Notes under the pieces: generated by a model | What the model was told of the DNA's origin: nothing | What the model saw: only the letters and a program-made list of their open reading frames with translations | Database searches by the model: none | Position numbers and translations under genes: made by a program | Shown here: positions 19,872 to 28,991 of the stretch, in pieces | How positions within the stretch are numbered: the stretch's first letter is position 1 | Layout: each line of letters starts with the position of its first letter | NCBI GenBank assembly: GCA_046483305.1 | Contig: JAWODM010000046.1 | Span: 72,145 to 136,144, forward strand | DNA: 64,000 nt | Origin: Candidatus Krumholzibacteriales bacterium | GTDB lineage: Bacteria; Krumholzibacteriota; Krumholzibacteriia; Krumholzibacteriales; WJIX01 | Direction of reading: 5' to 3'

Positions 19872-20022
19872 CGTAAAACCTCCTTTGCGTACTGATTGTG
19901 TAAGAACGATGGCAGCAGAAAGGGACCTTCCCAATCCGCCACTGGAAAAATCAGAATCCCGTATTTACTCTTTTACGAAAAATCGCTGTCCGAGTAATAT
20001 CCGTTACTTCCAATTACTTTAC

Positions 20023-20051
20023 AATTAAACATAATCGGCATGAGTTGTCAA
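20023..20051 (-). promoter_or_regulatory. Candidate sigma70 promoter for rpsO-pnp
   Basis: TTGACA-N17-TTAATT on the minus strand. Confidence 0.55.
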
Positions 20052-20072
20052 TGAATCTATTCAGCCGGCCGC

Positions 20073-21017
20073 CTATTCCGGAATGGCCAGGGCTCTCCTG
20101 GCCCTGACCGCATCCCTCTCCAGCTGGAGCCTGAGCTGATCCCTGTTGCCAAACTTTCTCTCCTCCCGGAGGTATTTGTGGCAGTGTATCCTGACGGTGT
20201 TTCCGTAAATATCTCCGGCAAAATCGAAGATATGAACTTCTATTTCGCCGGCGCCGGTATTCTTGATGGTGGGAGCCGTCCCTATATTCATCATCCCCCC
20301 CAGGCGGCTTCCCTCCACCTCGGCGGTAACGGCGTAAACACCGGAGCATGGTATAAGCTTTTCGCGGCCGCTTATCCTGAGATTGGCGGTGGGAAATCTG
20401 ATCTGCCTTCCTATACTTTCCCCTTTCACAACTACCGCGTCGAAGAAATAATCGCGGGTCAGTCTTTCCGCAGCCATTTCGATATCCCCCTCTGAAATAT
20501 GCTCTCTGATTCTGGTGCTGGAAACTATCTGGCCGCCCATGTAAGCGGGAGGCACCACCGTAACGTCGAACCCGCAGCGCTCGCCCTCCTCCCTGATCAG
20601 GTCCAGGGAACCGGCCCTGTCCCTGCCGAACCGGAAGTCGTAACCGACCACCAGGTGGGACATTCCAAATCTTTCCAGAAGCCTTTCCCGGATAAAGCTC
20701 TTATAATCCAGGGAGGCGTAATCCGGGGTGAACCTGTCAATAACCACCAGATCCAGGTCAAAATGCCGCAGGATCGATTTCTTTTCCTCGAGGGTTGTGA
20801 GAAGCGGCGGAGCCTTATCCGGGGCGGTGACGCTGAGCGGATGCCTGTCGAAAGTTACCAGCACAGCGCTTCGAAGGCCTATCTCTCTTCTCATCCTTAT
20901 CAGCCTGCCGATTACCTTCCGGTGGCCCAGGTGCACTCCGTCAAAAACACCGATGGTCACAGCCGAGTTTCCGCCTGAGTATTGAGAATAATCTTCAGTT
21001 TCTTCAGCAAATCTCAT
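20073..21017 (-). CDS. ribF: Bifunctional riboflavin kinase / FAD synthetase
   Basis: IGVFDGVHLGH, VGYDFRFG, SSTRIR, FPTAN, EVHIFDF. Confidence 0.96.
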   Translation of the reverse strand: MRFAEETEDYSQYSGGNSAVTIGVFDGVHLGHRKVIGRLIRMRREIGLRSAVLVTFDRHPLSVTAPDKAPPLLTTLEEKKSILRHFDLDLVVIDRFTPDYASLDYKSFIRERLLERFGMSHLVVGYDFRFGRDRAGSLDLIREEGERCGFDVTVVPPAYMGGQIVSSTRIREHISEGDIEMAAERLTRDYFFDAVVVKGESIGRQIRFPTANLRISGREKLIPCSGVYAVTAEVEGSRLGGMMNIGTAPTIKNTGAGEIEVHIFDFAGDIYGNTVRIHCHKYLREERKFGNRDQLRLQLERDAVRARRALAIPE

Positions 21018-21045
21018 ACCGCGAACCTGCTGTCATACCGCCCTG

Positions 21046-21951
21046 TCAACTATCGTAATTGAGAACCCGCCTGATGGCCGTGATCCGGCCCGGGCCTATC
21101 TCCCCAATACCCCCGAGCACTCCGTCGGGACGAAGAAACCGGACCAGCTCGCCGGTGGAAAATTCCGAACCGGACGGGACTCCGGGCGCCTTTCCGTCCA
21201 GAAGGCCGGAAGACTGGGAGGTGGTCATCCTGATCGCACTCAGGTGGCGCAGAGCCTCCGCCGGCTCCACACCCGGATCCACTCCCTTCTTCAGATCCTG
21301 GAAACTTCCTGAGGATATGGCCCGCTCGATGTCAAAATGACCTATTGATACTCTGGTAAGGCCGGTCATGTGAGAGGGCGCTCCCAGCTTTTCTCCAATC
21401 TCCTCGGAGAGAGTCCGGAGGTACAGCCCCCTGGAGCACTTTACCCTGATCCTGCACATGGGGAGGTCCGCTGAAATCAGTTCTATACTCTCGGTATTGA
21501 CCTCCCGGGGTTCTCTTTCTACCTCCCTGCCCTTCCTGGCCAATTTATAAAGCGGCTTTCCGCCATGTTTCAGGGCTGAATACATCGGCGGCATCTGCAT
21601 TCTTCTGCCCGTAAATTCAGGAAGAACCGACAAAATATCTTCTTCGGATATTCCCTCCCACTCGCCCCTCTCAATAACCTCTCCGCTGGCGTCCTGCGTA
21701 TCGGTCGCTTCCCCGAGCCTGATATCCGATATGTACACCTTTGGAAGATCCATCAGATAGCCTGACAATTTGGTGGCGGCTCCTGTCAGTATCAGCACCA
21801 GGCCGGTCGCTATCGGATCCAGGGAGCCGGCATGGCCGATTTTCCTCAGCCCGACTACCTTCTTGAATTTTCTTATCGAGTCGAAGGTGGTTATCCCCTT
21901 TTCCTTATTTACCGGAATTACCCTGTTGTTAAATTTCTCCCGCAGATCCAT
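21046..21951 (-). CDS. truB: tRNA pseudouridine(55) synthase
   Basis: GHAGSLDPIATG, TDTQD, PPMYSALK, CSRGLYLR. Confidence 0.95.
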   Translation of the reverse strand: MDLREKFNNRVIPVNKEKGITTFDSIRKFKKVVGLRKIGHAGSLDPIATGLVLILTGAATKLSGYLMDLPKVYISDIRLGEATDTQDASGEVIERGEWEGISEEDILSVLPEFTGRRMQMPPMYSALKHGGKPLYKLARKGREVEREPREVNTESIELISADLPMCRIRVKCSRGLYLRTLSEEIGEKLGAPSHMTGLTRVSIGHFDIERAISSGSFQDLKKGVDPGVEPAEALRHLSAIRMTTSQSSGLLDGKAPGVPSGSEFSTGELVRFLRPDGVLGGIGEIGPGRITAIRRVLNYDS

Positions 21952-21991
21952 CCGCTGTAATTCTCCCTCTCAGTCTGACCGTGATTCTGCC

Positions 21992-22984
21992 TCAACCGGC
22001 TTCATCAAGCATCGCCTGCAGGCTGTCTGTTATTAACCGGTGAGCGTTCTGAAGGTCATCATCTATCATCAAGCCCGCCGCGTTGGTGTGCCCCCCTCCG
22101 CCATATTCTTCGGCCAGTGAGGAAACATCGTGGCGGTTCAGAGAACGCAGGCTTACTCTAACCTTTCCCGGTTCCATCTCCCTGAGGAAGGCGACCAGTT
22201 CCACCCCCTCTATAGCGGTGCCGAAATCTATGAACCCCTCTGTATCCTCAATCCGCCCGCCGCATTCGTCCAGCATCGAGGAGGTAAGCTCCATCACCGC
22301 AATCCGGCCGTCCCCGTAGAATTTCAGCCGGTTAAGGACCAGCCCCAGAAGCTTCACCGCGCTGGGGCTTCTCATATGGTAGAATTCTCTTGCTATCTCG
22401 GAACCTCTGGCGCCCCTGGCCAGCAGCCGGGAAGCTACCTCCAGGGATTCGGAATCAGTATTGGAGAATCTGAAACAGCCGGTATCCATAATTATCCCCA
22501 GGTACAGACAATCCGCAATCTCCTTTGTTATCGCATCATCGCCGTAAGCTGATAGCAGATGGTAAACCAGAACCGCGGTGGAGGAGGCGCCGTCACGGAC
22601 CAGATTCACCGTGCCGAACCTGGTGTTGGTGGGGTGATGGTCAATATTTATTATATCTCCGGCTTCGCCGGGCTTGAAAATATTTCCCGCCCGTTCCAGG
22701 GTGGGAACATCCACGCTGAAGATCGCGTCATATCCGGCCGGCTCTACCAGGTCCCCGGTGAGAATTCTTTCCATCCCCGGTATCTTTGAATATTTCTCCG
22801 GAATATCTCCCGGAATAAAGAAATCCACTTCCTTGCCCAGATTTCTGAGAAAGGCTGCCAGGGCAAGCATCGAACCCACGCAGTCTCCGTCAGGGTCGAC
22901 ATGGGCCACCACCAGAAAGTTGTTTCCGGTTCTTATCAGAGATTTAACTCTGTCGTGGAGCTCTCCGAAACCCGGTTCAACCAT
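21992..22984 (-). CDS. nrnA: DHH/DHHA1 bifunctional oligoribonuclease / pAp phosphatase
   Basis: HVDPDGD, NIDHH, DTGCF, SLRS, GGGGHTNAAG; typical position after rbfA. Confidence 0.9.
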   Translation of the reverse strand: MVEPGFGELHDRVKSLIRTGNNFLVVAHVDPDGDCVGSMLALAAFLRNLGKEVDFFIPGDIPEKYSKIPGMERILTGDLVEPAGYDAIFSVDVPTLERAGNIFKPGEAGDIINIDHHPTNTRFGTVNLVRDGASSTAVLVYHLLSAYGDDAITKEIADCLYLGIIMDTGCFRFSNTDSESLEVASRLLARGARGSEIAREFYHMRSPSAVKLLGLVLNRLKFYGDGRIAVMELTSSMLDECGGRIEDTEGFIDFGTAIEGVELVAFLREMEPGKVRVSLRSLNRHDVSSLAEEYGGGGHTNAAGLMIDDDLQNAHRLITDSLQAMLDEAG

Positions 22985-23351
22985 CTCCCTCTTCCCCCTC
23001 CTCTCCGGATTCCTTGTGTATTTCGTCGATGATATTCTCGATCTTCATCGCTCTATCCAGGGAAACATCGTAAACAAAGATAAGTTCAGGAATTTTTCTG
23101 AGGCGGAAATGATTCTTTACCTCATTCCAAATAAAGCTCTTGCAGCTGTCAAGCCCCCTCTTCACCTCTTCCAGTTCATTGTCATCGCCGATCATGTTGT
23201 AGTAAACCTTTGCCACGGAAAAGTCATCGGCTGCCTTGACCTTCTGGACGGTGACGTTGGCAATGCGGGGGTCCTTCAATTTTCTCAGAAAGAGCTCCGC
23301 AATAAACCTGGCCAGCTGCTCCTCCATTCTCGCTTTATATTTATCCTTCAT
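22977..23351 (-). CDS. rbfA: Ribosome-binding factor A
   Basis: KDPRI, LRKIPELIFVYD; position after infB. Confidence 0.93.
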   Translation of the reverse strand: MKDKYKARMEEQLARFIAELFLRKLKDPRIANVTVQKVKAADDFSVAKVYYNMIGDDNELEEVKRGLDSCKSFIWNEVKNHFRLRKIPELIFVYDVSLDRAMKIENIIDEIHKESGEEGEEGDG

Positions 23352-23363
23352 ATCCGGGACACC

Positions 23364-23645
23364 TCACAAATACTCTCTCTCAATATCAGTGCATATCAAA
23401 CCGGGGTTGGCCTCCAGGAAAGTTATTACCGACTGAACCAGGCTGTCCAACCCTCTTCTGCTGTTTGCCACCGTAACGATACAGAATTCGCTTCGCTGCC
23501 ATTTATCCTGGAACCCGGTCTCACAGAAAGCTACGTTGAATCTGTTCCTGAGCTTATCTCTCACGCTTCTCAGAATGAATCTTTTCTCTTTAAGAGAAGA
23601 ACAGCCCGGAAGGTAAAATTCGATTATCAGACGCGCTATTATCAC
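23364..23645 (-). CDS. DUF503 (YlxP-like) protein
   Basis: SSLKEKR...KLRNRFNVA..E...QDKWQR; usual position between infB and rbfA. Confidence 0.9.
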   Translation of the reverse strand: MIIARLIIEFYLPGCSSLKEKRFILRSVRDKLRNRFNVAFCETGFQDKWQRSEFCIVTVANSRRGLDSLVQSVITFLEANPGLICTDIEREYL

Positions 23646-23652
23646 AGGCCCT

Positions 23653-25785
23653 CTATATCGATCTGCTTTTTTCCTCTTTCACAAAGACCTGAAGAGTATC
23701 CCCCTCTTCTATATATTCGTAATCCTCTATCCCTATACCGCACTCGTATCCGCTCTGCACCACTCCCACATCCTCCTTGAACCTCTTCAGGGAATCAATC
23801 TTACCTTCGAAAACAATTTCATCGCCTCTGAGAACTCTGGCAAACGCATTCCTTCTGATCTCTCCCGACTTCACGAAAGAACCGGCGACCAGCCCCACGC
23901 CCGAAACATGAAATACCTGCCTTACTTCAGCTTCCCCGATATTCTTTTCCACTATTTCAGGCTCGAGCAATCCGGACATCGCCGCCTTCATGTCGTCTAT
24001 GGCCTTGTATATCACATCGTATAACCTTATATCTACATTCTCCGATTTTGCCAGTTTGGAGGCATTGGGAGCCACGGATTCATGGAATCCAATGACAATG
24101 GCGTTGGAAGCTGAGGCCAGCAGGATATCACTTTCATTGATCATACCCACTCCGGTATGAATTGCCTCGATCTTTACCTCCTCGGTATCCAGAGACTCCA
24201 GGCTGTCAACCAGCGCCTCCACCGAACCGTCGGTGTCAGCCTTAATCACCAGCAGAAGCTCTTTCACCTTGCCCGACTGGATCTGGTCGTAGAGGTCTTC
24301 AAGAGTAATGTTGGTCTCGGACCTTCTCTCCCTCTCTCTCTCCACCTGCTGCCTCTTTTTGGCAATCTGTTTCGCCGACTTTTCCTCTTCAACCTGGAAG
24401 AACATGTCCCCGGCCTGAGGAACACCCTTGGTTCCCATGACCACCGCCGGCGTGGACGGAGGGGCCTCGTCGATCTTGTTCTCCCGCTCATCCATCATAG
24501 CCTTGACCCTTCCTGAATAGTTGCCGACAATATAGTAATCGCCAACCCTGAGGGTCCCCTGCTGTATCAGAACCGTACAGATTATACCCCGCCCCTTTTC
24601 CTTCTCCGCCTCTATGACAGCGCCCTGGACCATGGCCTCCGGATCGGCCTTCAGGTCCTTCATCTCTGCCTGCAGCAATATCATCTCCAGAATCCTGTCG
24701 ATCCCCTCTCCCGAGGTAGCGGAGATCTCCGCCGCCATTACATTCCCTCCGTACTCTTCCAGAACCACATCATGCTCCAGCAGTTCTCTCTTTACTTTAT
24801 TAATGTCGGCATTGGGAAGGTCTATTTTATTAATGGCCACCACTATCGGCACATCGGCCACCCTGGCGTGGTTAATCGCCTCCACTGTCTGAGACATGAC
24901 TCCGTCATCGGCGGCGACTATCAGTACCACTATATCTGTGATCTCGGCGCCTCTGGCCCTCATGGCGGTGAAAGCTTCGTGGCCGGGCGTATCCACAAAG
25001 GATATCTTCCTGCCGTCTACGTCTACAACGTAAGCTCCTATATGCTGGGTTATTCCGCCCTTCTCCCCCGCCACCATATTACTTTCTCTGATAGTATCCA
25101 GCAGCGATGTCTTGCCGTGATCGACGTGCCCCATGATGGTTACCACCGGAGGCCGGGTTACCATTCTGTCCGGATCTATCTGCTTCTGTTCCCTCTTTAC
25201 CAGGCCTTCCTCCGCCACATCGATAAACTCAATTTCAAATCCATATTCATCCGCGATCAGCGACATTGCGTCAGAATCTATCCGCTGGTTGATGGTGACC
25301 ATCATCCCCAGATCCATGCACTTCCGTATAATTTCCGTAGGATCCACTTCCAGCTTCTCGGCCATCTCTGAAATGGTTGCGTACTCGGGAAGCTTTATTA
25401 CATTTTCCTCCTCGACCGTTTCCTGCTTTTTCTTCTTCTTGCGGCCGCTTCTCTTGGACTTCTTGGCAATATCAAGCTTTGCCAGAGTCCGTCTTACGCT
25501 CTCCCTGACCGCTTTCTGGTCGGATTCCTTCTTCTCCTTCTTCTTTCCCGGTTTCTTTTTCCTGGCGGCCGGTTTCTTTCCGGTTTTTGCCTTTTTCCTT
25601 TCAGGCGGTTTTTTCTTCTTGCTCTTCGTACTCTGGAGGTGATGCTTGATCAGGGATTCCACCTGCTCATCCACGGTACTCATATGGCTCTTGACCATAA
25701 TCCCTTCCTTGACCAGGATTCTGATCACATCCTTGCTGGTGACACCGTACTTCTTAGCCAGTTCATATACTCGAATTTTAGACAA
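23653..25785 (-). CDS. infB: Translation initiation factor IF-2
   Basis: [40 protein letters not shown] start. Confidence 0.98.
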   Translation of the reverse strand: MSKIRVYELAKKYGVTSKDVIRILVKEGIMVKSHMSTVDEQVESLIKHHLQSTKSKKKKPPERKKAKTGKKPAARKKKPGKKKEKKESDQKAVRESVRRTLAKLDIAKKSKRSGRKKKKKQETVEEENVIKLPEYATISEMAEKLEVDPTEIIRKCMDLGMMVTINQRIDSDAMSLIADEYGFEIEFIDVAEEGLVKREQKQIDPDRMVTRPPVVTIMGHVDHGKTSLLDTIRESNMVAGEKGGITQHIGAYVVDVDGRKISFVDTPGHEAFTAMRARGAEITDIVVLIVAADDGVMSQTVEAINHARVADVPIVVAINKIDLPNADINKVKRELLEHDVVLEEYGGNVMAAEISATSGEGIDRILEMILLQAEMKDLKADPEAMVQGAVIEAEKEKGRGIICTVLIQQGTLRVGDYYIVGNYSGRVKAMMDERENKIDEAPPSTPAVVMGTKGVPQAGDMFFQVEEEKSAKQIAKKRQQVERERERRSETNITLEDLYDQIQSGKVKELLLVIKADTDGSVEALVDSLESLDTEEVKIEAIHTGVGMINESDILLASASNAIVIGFHESVAPNASKLAKSENVDIRLYDVIYKAIDDMKAAMSGLLEPEIVEKNIGEAEVRQVFHVSGVGLVAGSFVKSGEIRRNAFARVLRGDEIVFEGKIDSLKRFKEDVGVVQSGYECGIGIEDYEYIEEGDTLQVFVKEEKSRSI

Positions 25786-25813
25786 ATATACTCAACTCCC
25801 TCATAGATATTAC

Positions 25814-27349
25814 TCAAACATTATCTTCTTCCGTATCTTCAGCCTCTTCGGCATCCCCGTCCTGATCCTCGATTCCGGTATCTTCCCCGGTTTCTTCCTC
25901 AGCTTCCTTATCTCCTTCACCATCAGGCTCTTCCTCTGATTCGGCCTGTTCTCCGGCCATTTCACCGAAGAGACTCTCTTCAGTTATTTTCTCTTCCTCC
26001 CCTTCCTTCTCCCTCTTCTTCTCCAGCAGATCCTCATCGAAGAGTTTCTTTTCCTGCTCTTCCTTTTCGATTTCCTTCTTGAGCAGCTCTTCCATAGCCT
26101 TGTCAAGCTCCTCCATGGTCTCTTCAGCTCTGTCTTTCAGCTTTTCGGCGGTCTTTTCTCCTATTCCATCTATCTGGAGCAGCTCCTCGGTGGAGGTCTT
26201 ATACAGTTTCTGTACTGTCAATATGCCAGCGTTTCTCAATTTCTTGCTGAGGTTCTCGGTCACTCCGTACATTTCATCGATATCCATAAGAAGTTTCTGT
26301 TCCAGCTTACTTCTTCTTTCCGTCTCCCTGACCGTTGCCAGGTCAATCTTCCAGCCGGTCAGTTTGGACGCCAGTCTTACGTTCTGCCCATCCTTGCCTA
26401 TCGCAAGCGAAAGCTGATCATCCTCAACTATAACCAGAACCCGGTTTTCATTTTCGTCGAATCTCAGGCCGGACACCTTCGCCGGAGCCAGCGCCCTGGT
26501 CACGAAATCGGATGAAACCTGGCTCCAGTTGACGATATCTATCTTTTCGCCGTGCAGCTCGTTTACCACTGCCTGTACCCGCGATCCCTTCATCCCCACA
26601 CAGGAACCTACCGCGTCAACTTTGTCATTCCTGGAAAAAACCGCTATCTTCGATCTCGCTCCCGGTTCCCTGGCCACACTTCTGATCTCCACATCACCGT
26701 CAAAAATCTCAGGCACTTCCTGCTCAAACAGTTTTATAAGGAGCTCGTCGCAGGTACGGGAAACCGTTATCAGCGCCCCCTTGGCGTCCTTATCCACATT
26801 GATAATGCACGCCCTTATGGTATCTCCCTGGTTGTATCGTTCCTTGCGAATCTGCTCCCGGTAAGGCAGGAAAGCTTCCGCCCGCCCCAGGTTGATCAGG
26901 ATATTTCCCCTGTCAACCTGCCTTACCGTACCTGAAACAATATTTCCGATCCGGTCCTTGTACGTTTCGTATATTCTATCCCTTTCGGATTCCTTGACCC
27001 TCTGGGTAAGTATCTGCTTTGCTGTCTGAACGGCGTTTCTTCCGAAATCCCTGACATCGAGTTCTTCGTGTATCTCTTTGCCCATCTCTGCATTTTCGTC
27101 TATTTCCAGTGCTTTCTCCAGGGATATCTCGGTTGAGGGGTCCTCCACGTTTTCAACTACCTGGTAGGTCCTGAACACATCCAGGTTACCCTTCGCCTCG
27201 TCAATATGAACCGATATTGCCGCATCGGGGCCGTACTTCCTGGCAGCCGCCGAGCTGAGACTGGCTTTGAGTGTTTCGATAAGGGTGTTCTTGTCTATCT
27301 TCTTTACCCTTACGATCTGCATGAAAGCGTCTAGAAATTCTGATTGCAT
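25814..27349 (-). CDS. nusA: Transcription termination/antitermination factor NusA with HhH region and acidic tail
   Basis: FGRNAVQTAKQ, AREPGARSKIAV, GSCVGMKGSRV, SLAIGKDGQNVRLA. Confidence 0.97.
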   Translation of the reverse strand: MQSEFLDAFMQIVRVKKIDKNTLIETLKASLSSAAARKYGPDAAISVHIDEAKGNLDVFRTYQVVENVEDPSTEISLEKALEIDENAEMGKEIHEELDVRDFGRNAVQTAKQILTQRVKESERDRIYETYKDRIGNIVSGTVRQVDRGNILINLGRAEAFLPYREQIRKERYNQGDTIRACIINVDKDAKGALITVSRTCDELLIKLFEQEVPEIFDGDVEIRSVAREPGARSKIAVFSRNDKVDAVGSCVGMKGSRVQAVVNELHGEKIDIVNWSQVSSDFVTRALAPAKVSGLRFDENENRVLVIVEDDQLSLAIGKDGQNVRLASKLTGWKIDLATVRETERRSKLEQKLLMDIDEMYGVTENLSKKLRNAGILTVQKLYKTSTEELLQIDGIGEKTAEKLKDRAEETMEELDKAMEELLKKEIEKEEQEKKLFDEDLLEKKREKEGEEEKITEESLFGEMAGEQAESEEEPDGEGDKEAEEETGEDTGIEDQDGDAEEAEDTEEDNV

Positions 27350-27452
27350 TATCTCTATCTCCTTTTGAATTCTATTTTATTCCAGCTGGTATCTTTCTGT
27401 CAAAAGTTTTCAGCCTTTGAATAAGTTAAAACCGGCCGGCGAATCTGTCCGG

Positions 27453-27932
27453 TCAAACAGTCTTGCGGCCGATCAGGTTGGCTTCCAGCACCCGGTCAAA
27501 CCTTATAATGACGTCCCTGTTATTGAGGCTCAATGTCAGTTTCTCATCATCGGTTTCAAGTATATCGCCGGAAAGTGACTTTTTACTTCCACCTTCGTCC
27601 AGGAATATCACCTTGGCCCTTTCACCGGTGAATCTTCTGAAATGATCGGGTTTTACCAGCGGCCTGTTTATACCCGGCGATGAAACCTCCAGTTTGTATC
27701 CGGCCCCCAGCCTTTCCACATCATCAAGCACGAATCCCAGCGCCCTGGAAACTTCCACACAATCGTCAAGCGTAACCCCCCGGTCAAAACGGTCTATGTA
27801 AATTCTGATAAGTTTTCTGCGGCTCTCCAGCCGCAGAAGAACCTTAACCGCCTCATATCCGAGAGACTCAACCTCTTCTTCGATCAGCCTGTTTACCTTA
27901 TCCTCTAAAGACATAACCAGAACTCTTTTCAT
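27453..27932 (-). CDS. rimP: Ribosome maturation factor RimP
   Basis: RIYID, TLDDC..VSR, YKLEVSSPGINRPL; start ATG 27932 or 27914. Confidence 0.94.
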   Translation of the reverse strand: MKRVLVMSLEDKVNRLIEEEVESLGYEAVKVLLRLESRRKLIRIYIDRFDRGVTLDDCVEVSRALGFVLDDVERLGAGYKLEVSSPGINRPLVKPDHFRRFTGERAKVIFLDEGGSKKSLSGDILETDDEKLTLSLNNRDVIIRFDRVLEANLIGRKTV

Positions 27933-27963
27933 AAAAAATAAGATAGGGCGCACCCACCCTATC
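27933..27963 (-). terminator. Terminator-like hairpin in the rimP leader (attenuator candidate)
   Basis: GATAGGGTG-GGTG-CGCCCTATC-TTATTTTTT directly before the rimP ATG. Confidence 0.65.
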
Positions 27964-28046
27964 CTCACTTTAATAGCTACCTGAATATACATAAAAAATC
28001 AAGTGAAATCATTCAATTTGTCAAATAAAAATAATCCGGGCGGCCC

Positions 28047-28991
28047 TTAACGGGAACCCTCACCCCTGGTCCAGATATACTCAATCAGGACTTTGCCCAC
28101 CCCTTCCAGGCTGGCGGCGGAACATTTGTCCGGGGTATCCTCGAGTGTATGCCATTGGGGATAATCAAAATCTATCAGGTCGACAGCGGGTATGCCCCTC
28201 TTGATAAAGGGGACGTGATCGTCGAGAATATGAGAGCCCTCCTCATCACTGAAAGAGGATACCCCCAGGCTGTCAGCAATCCCGAAAAGCTCATCCATCA
28301 GCGGCCCCGAATACAGATCAGAGAACCTTTCTCTTTTGATTTCAACGTCCTTCTTCCCAACCATATCGACTATTATAACCGATTCCGGATTATAGCCGCT
28401 CATATGTGAGGCGAAGTATGAGGAACCCAGGATATAGTCTTCCTGAACACCCTCGGCGCCGTAATCCTCCCCGTCAAAGAAAACAATATCCACCCCTACC
28501 GGCGGCTCGGACTCACCGAGAAGGCGGGCTATCTCCAGCAATACCGCAACTCCGCTGGCTCCGTCGTTGGCTCCCGGTATAGGTTTTTTACGGTTGGACG
28601 GGTCGGGGTCGCGGTCGGCGCGGGGCCTGGTATCATAATGCGCGCCCAGGAGAATTCTCCTATCGCTGCCCAGGTTATAGTTCCCAATTATATTTGCCAG
28701 CTTCAGGGTATCGCCGGTGGTAAGCACCGCGTCGAAAGACTGCGCCGAAACGTTCGCTCCGAAATCTCTGAGCTTATCCACCAGGTACCGGCGAAGTATG
28801 AGGTGTTCCCTGCTCCCCGGATAACGGGGGCCGATTTCACACTGCTCCCTCAGGAAACGGAATGCGGACCGGCCGTCAAATACCGGTTTCTCCCGCTCTG
28901 AGCAGCCCCAGCAGAAAAAGATGGACAGCCCCGCCAGGGAGGCCGCCAATATTCTCAGAAATAATCTAGAACTTGAATGTCGCGGATGCAC
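28047..28991 (-). CDS. M28-family Zn enzyme, glutaminyl-peptide cyclotransferase-like, probable lipoprotein
   Basis: Lipobox-like FFCWGC; AHYDTRP, GANDGASG, FFDGEDYG, DMVG, DDHVPF, WHT.EDT. Confidence 0.85.
   Translation of the reverse strand: MHPRHSSSRLFLRILAASLAGLSIFFCWGCSEREKPVFDGRSAFRFLREQCEIGPRYPGSREHLILRRYLVDKLRDFGANVSAQSFDAVLTTGDTLKLANIIGNYNLGSDRRILLGAHYDTRPRADRDPDPSNRKKPIPGANDGASGVAVLLEIARLLGESEPPVGVDIVFFDGEDYGAEGVQEDYILGSSYFASHMSGYNPESVIIVDMVGKKDVEIKRERFSDLYSGPLMDELFGIADSLGVSSFSDEEGSHILDDHVPFIKRGIPAVDLIDFDYPQWHTLEDTPDKCSAASLEGVGKVLIEYIWTRGEGSR

Noticed and set aside
22674..23780. 368-aa plus-strand ORF spanning nrnA, rbfA, DUF503 and infB
   Set aside because: Antisense to four conserved genes; no recognisable motifs
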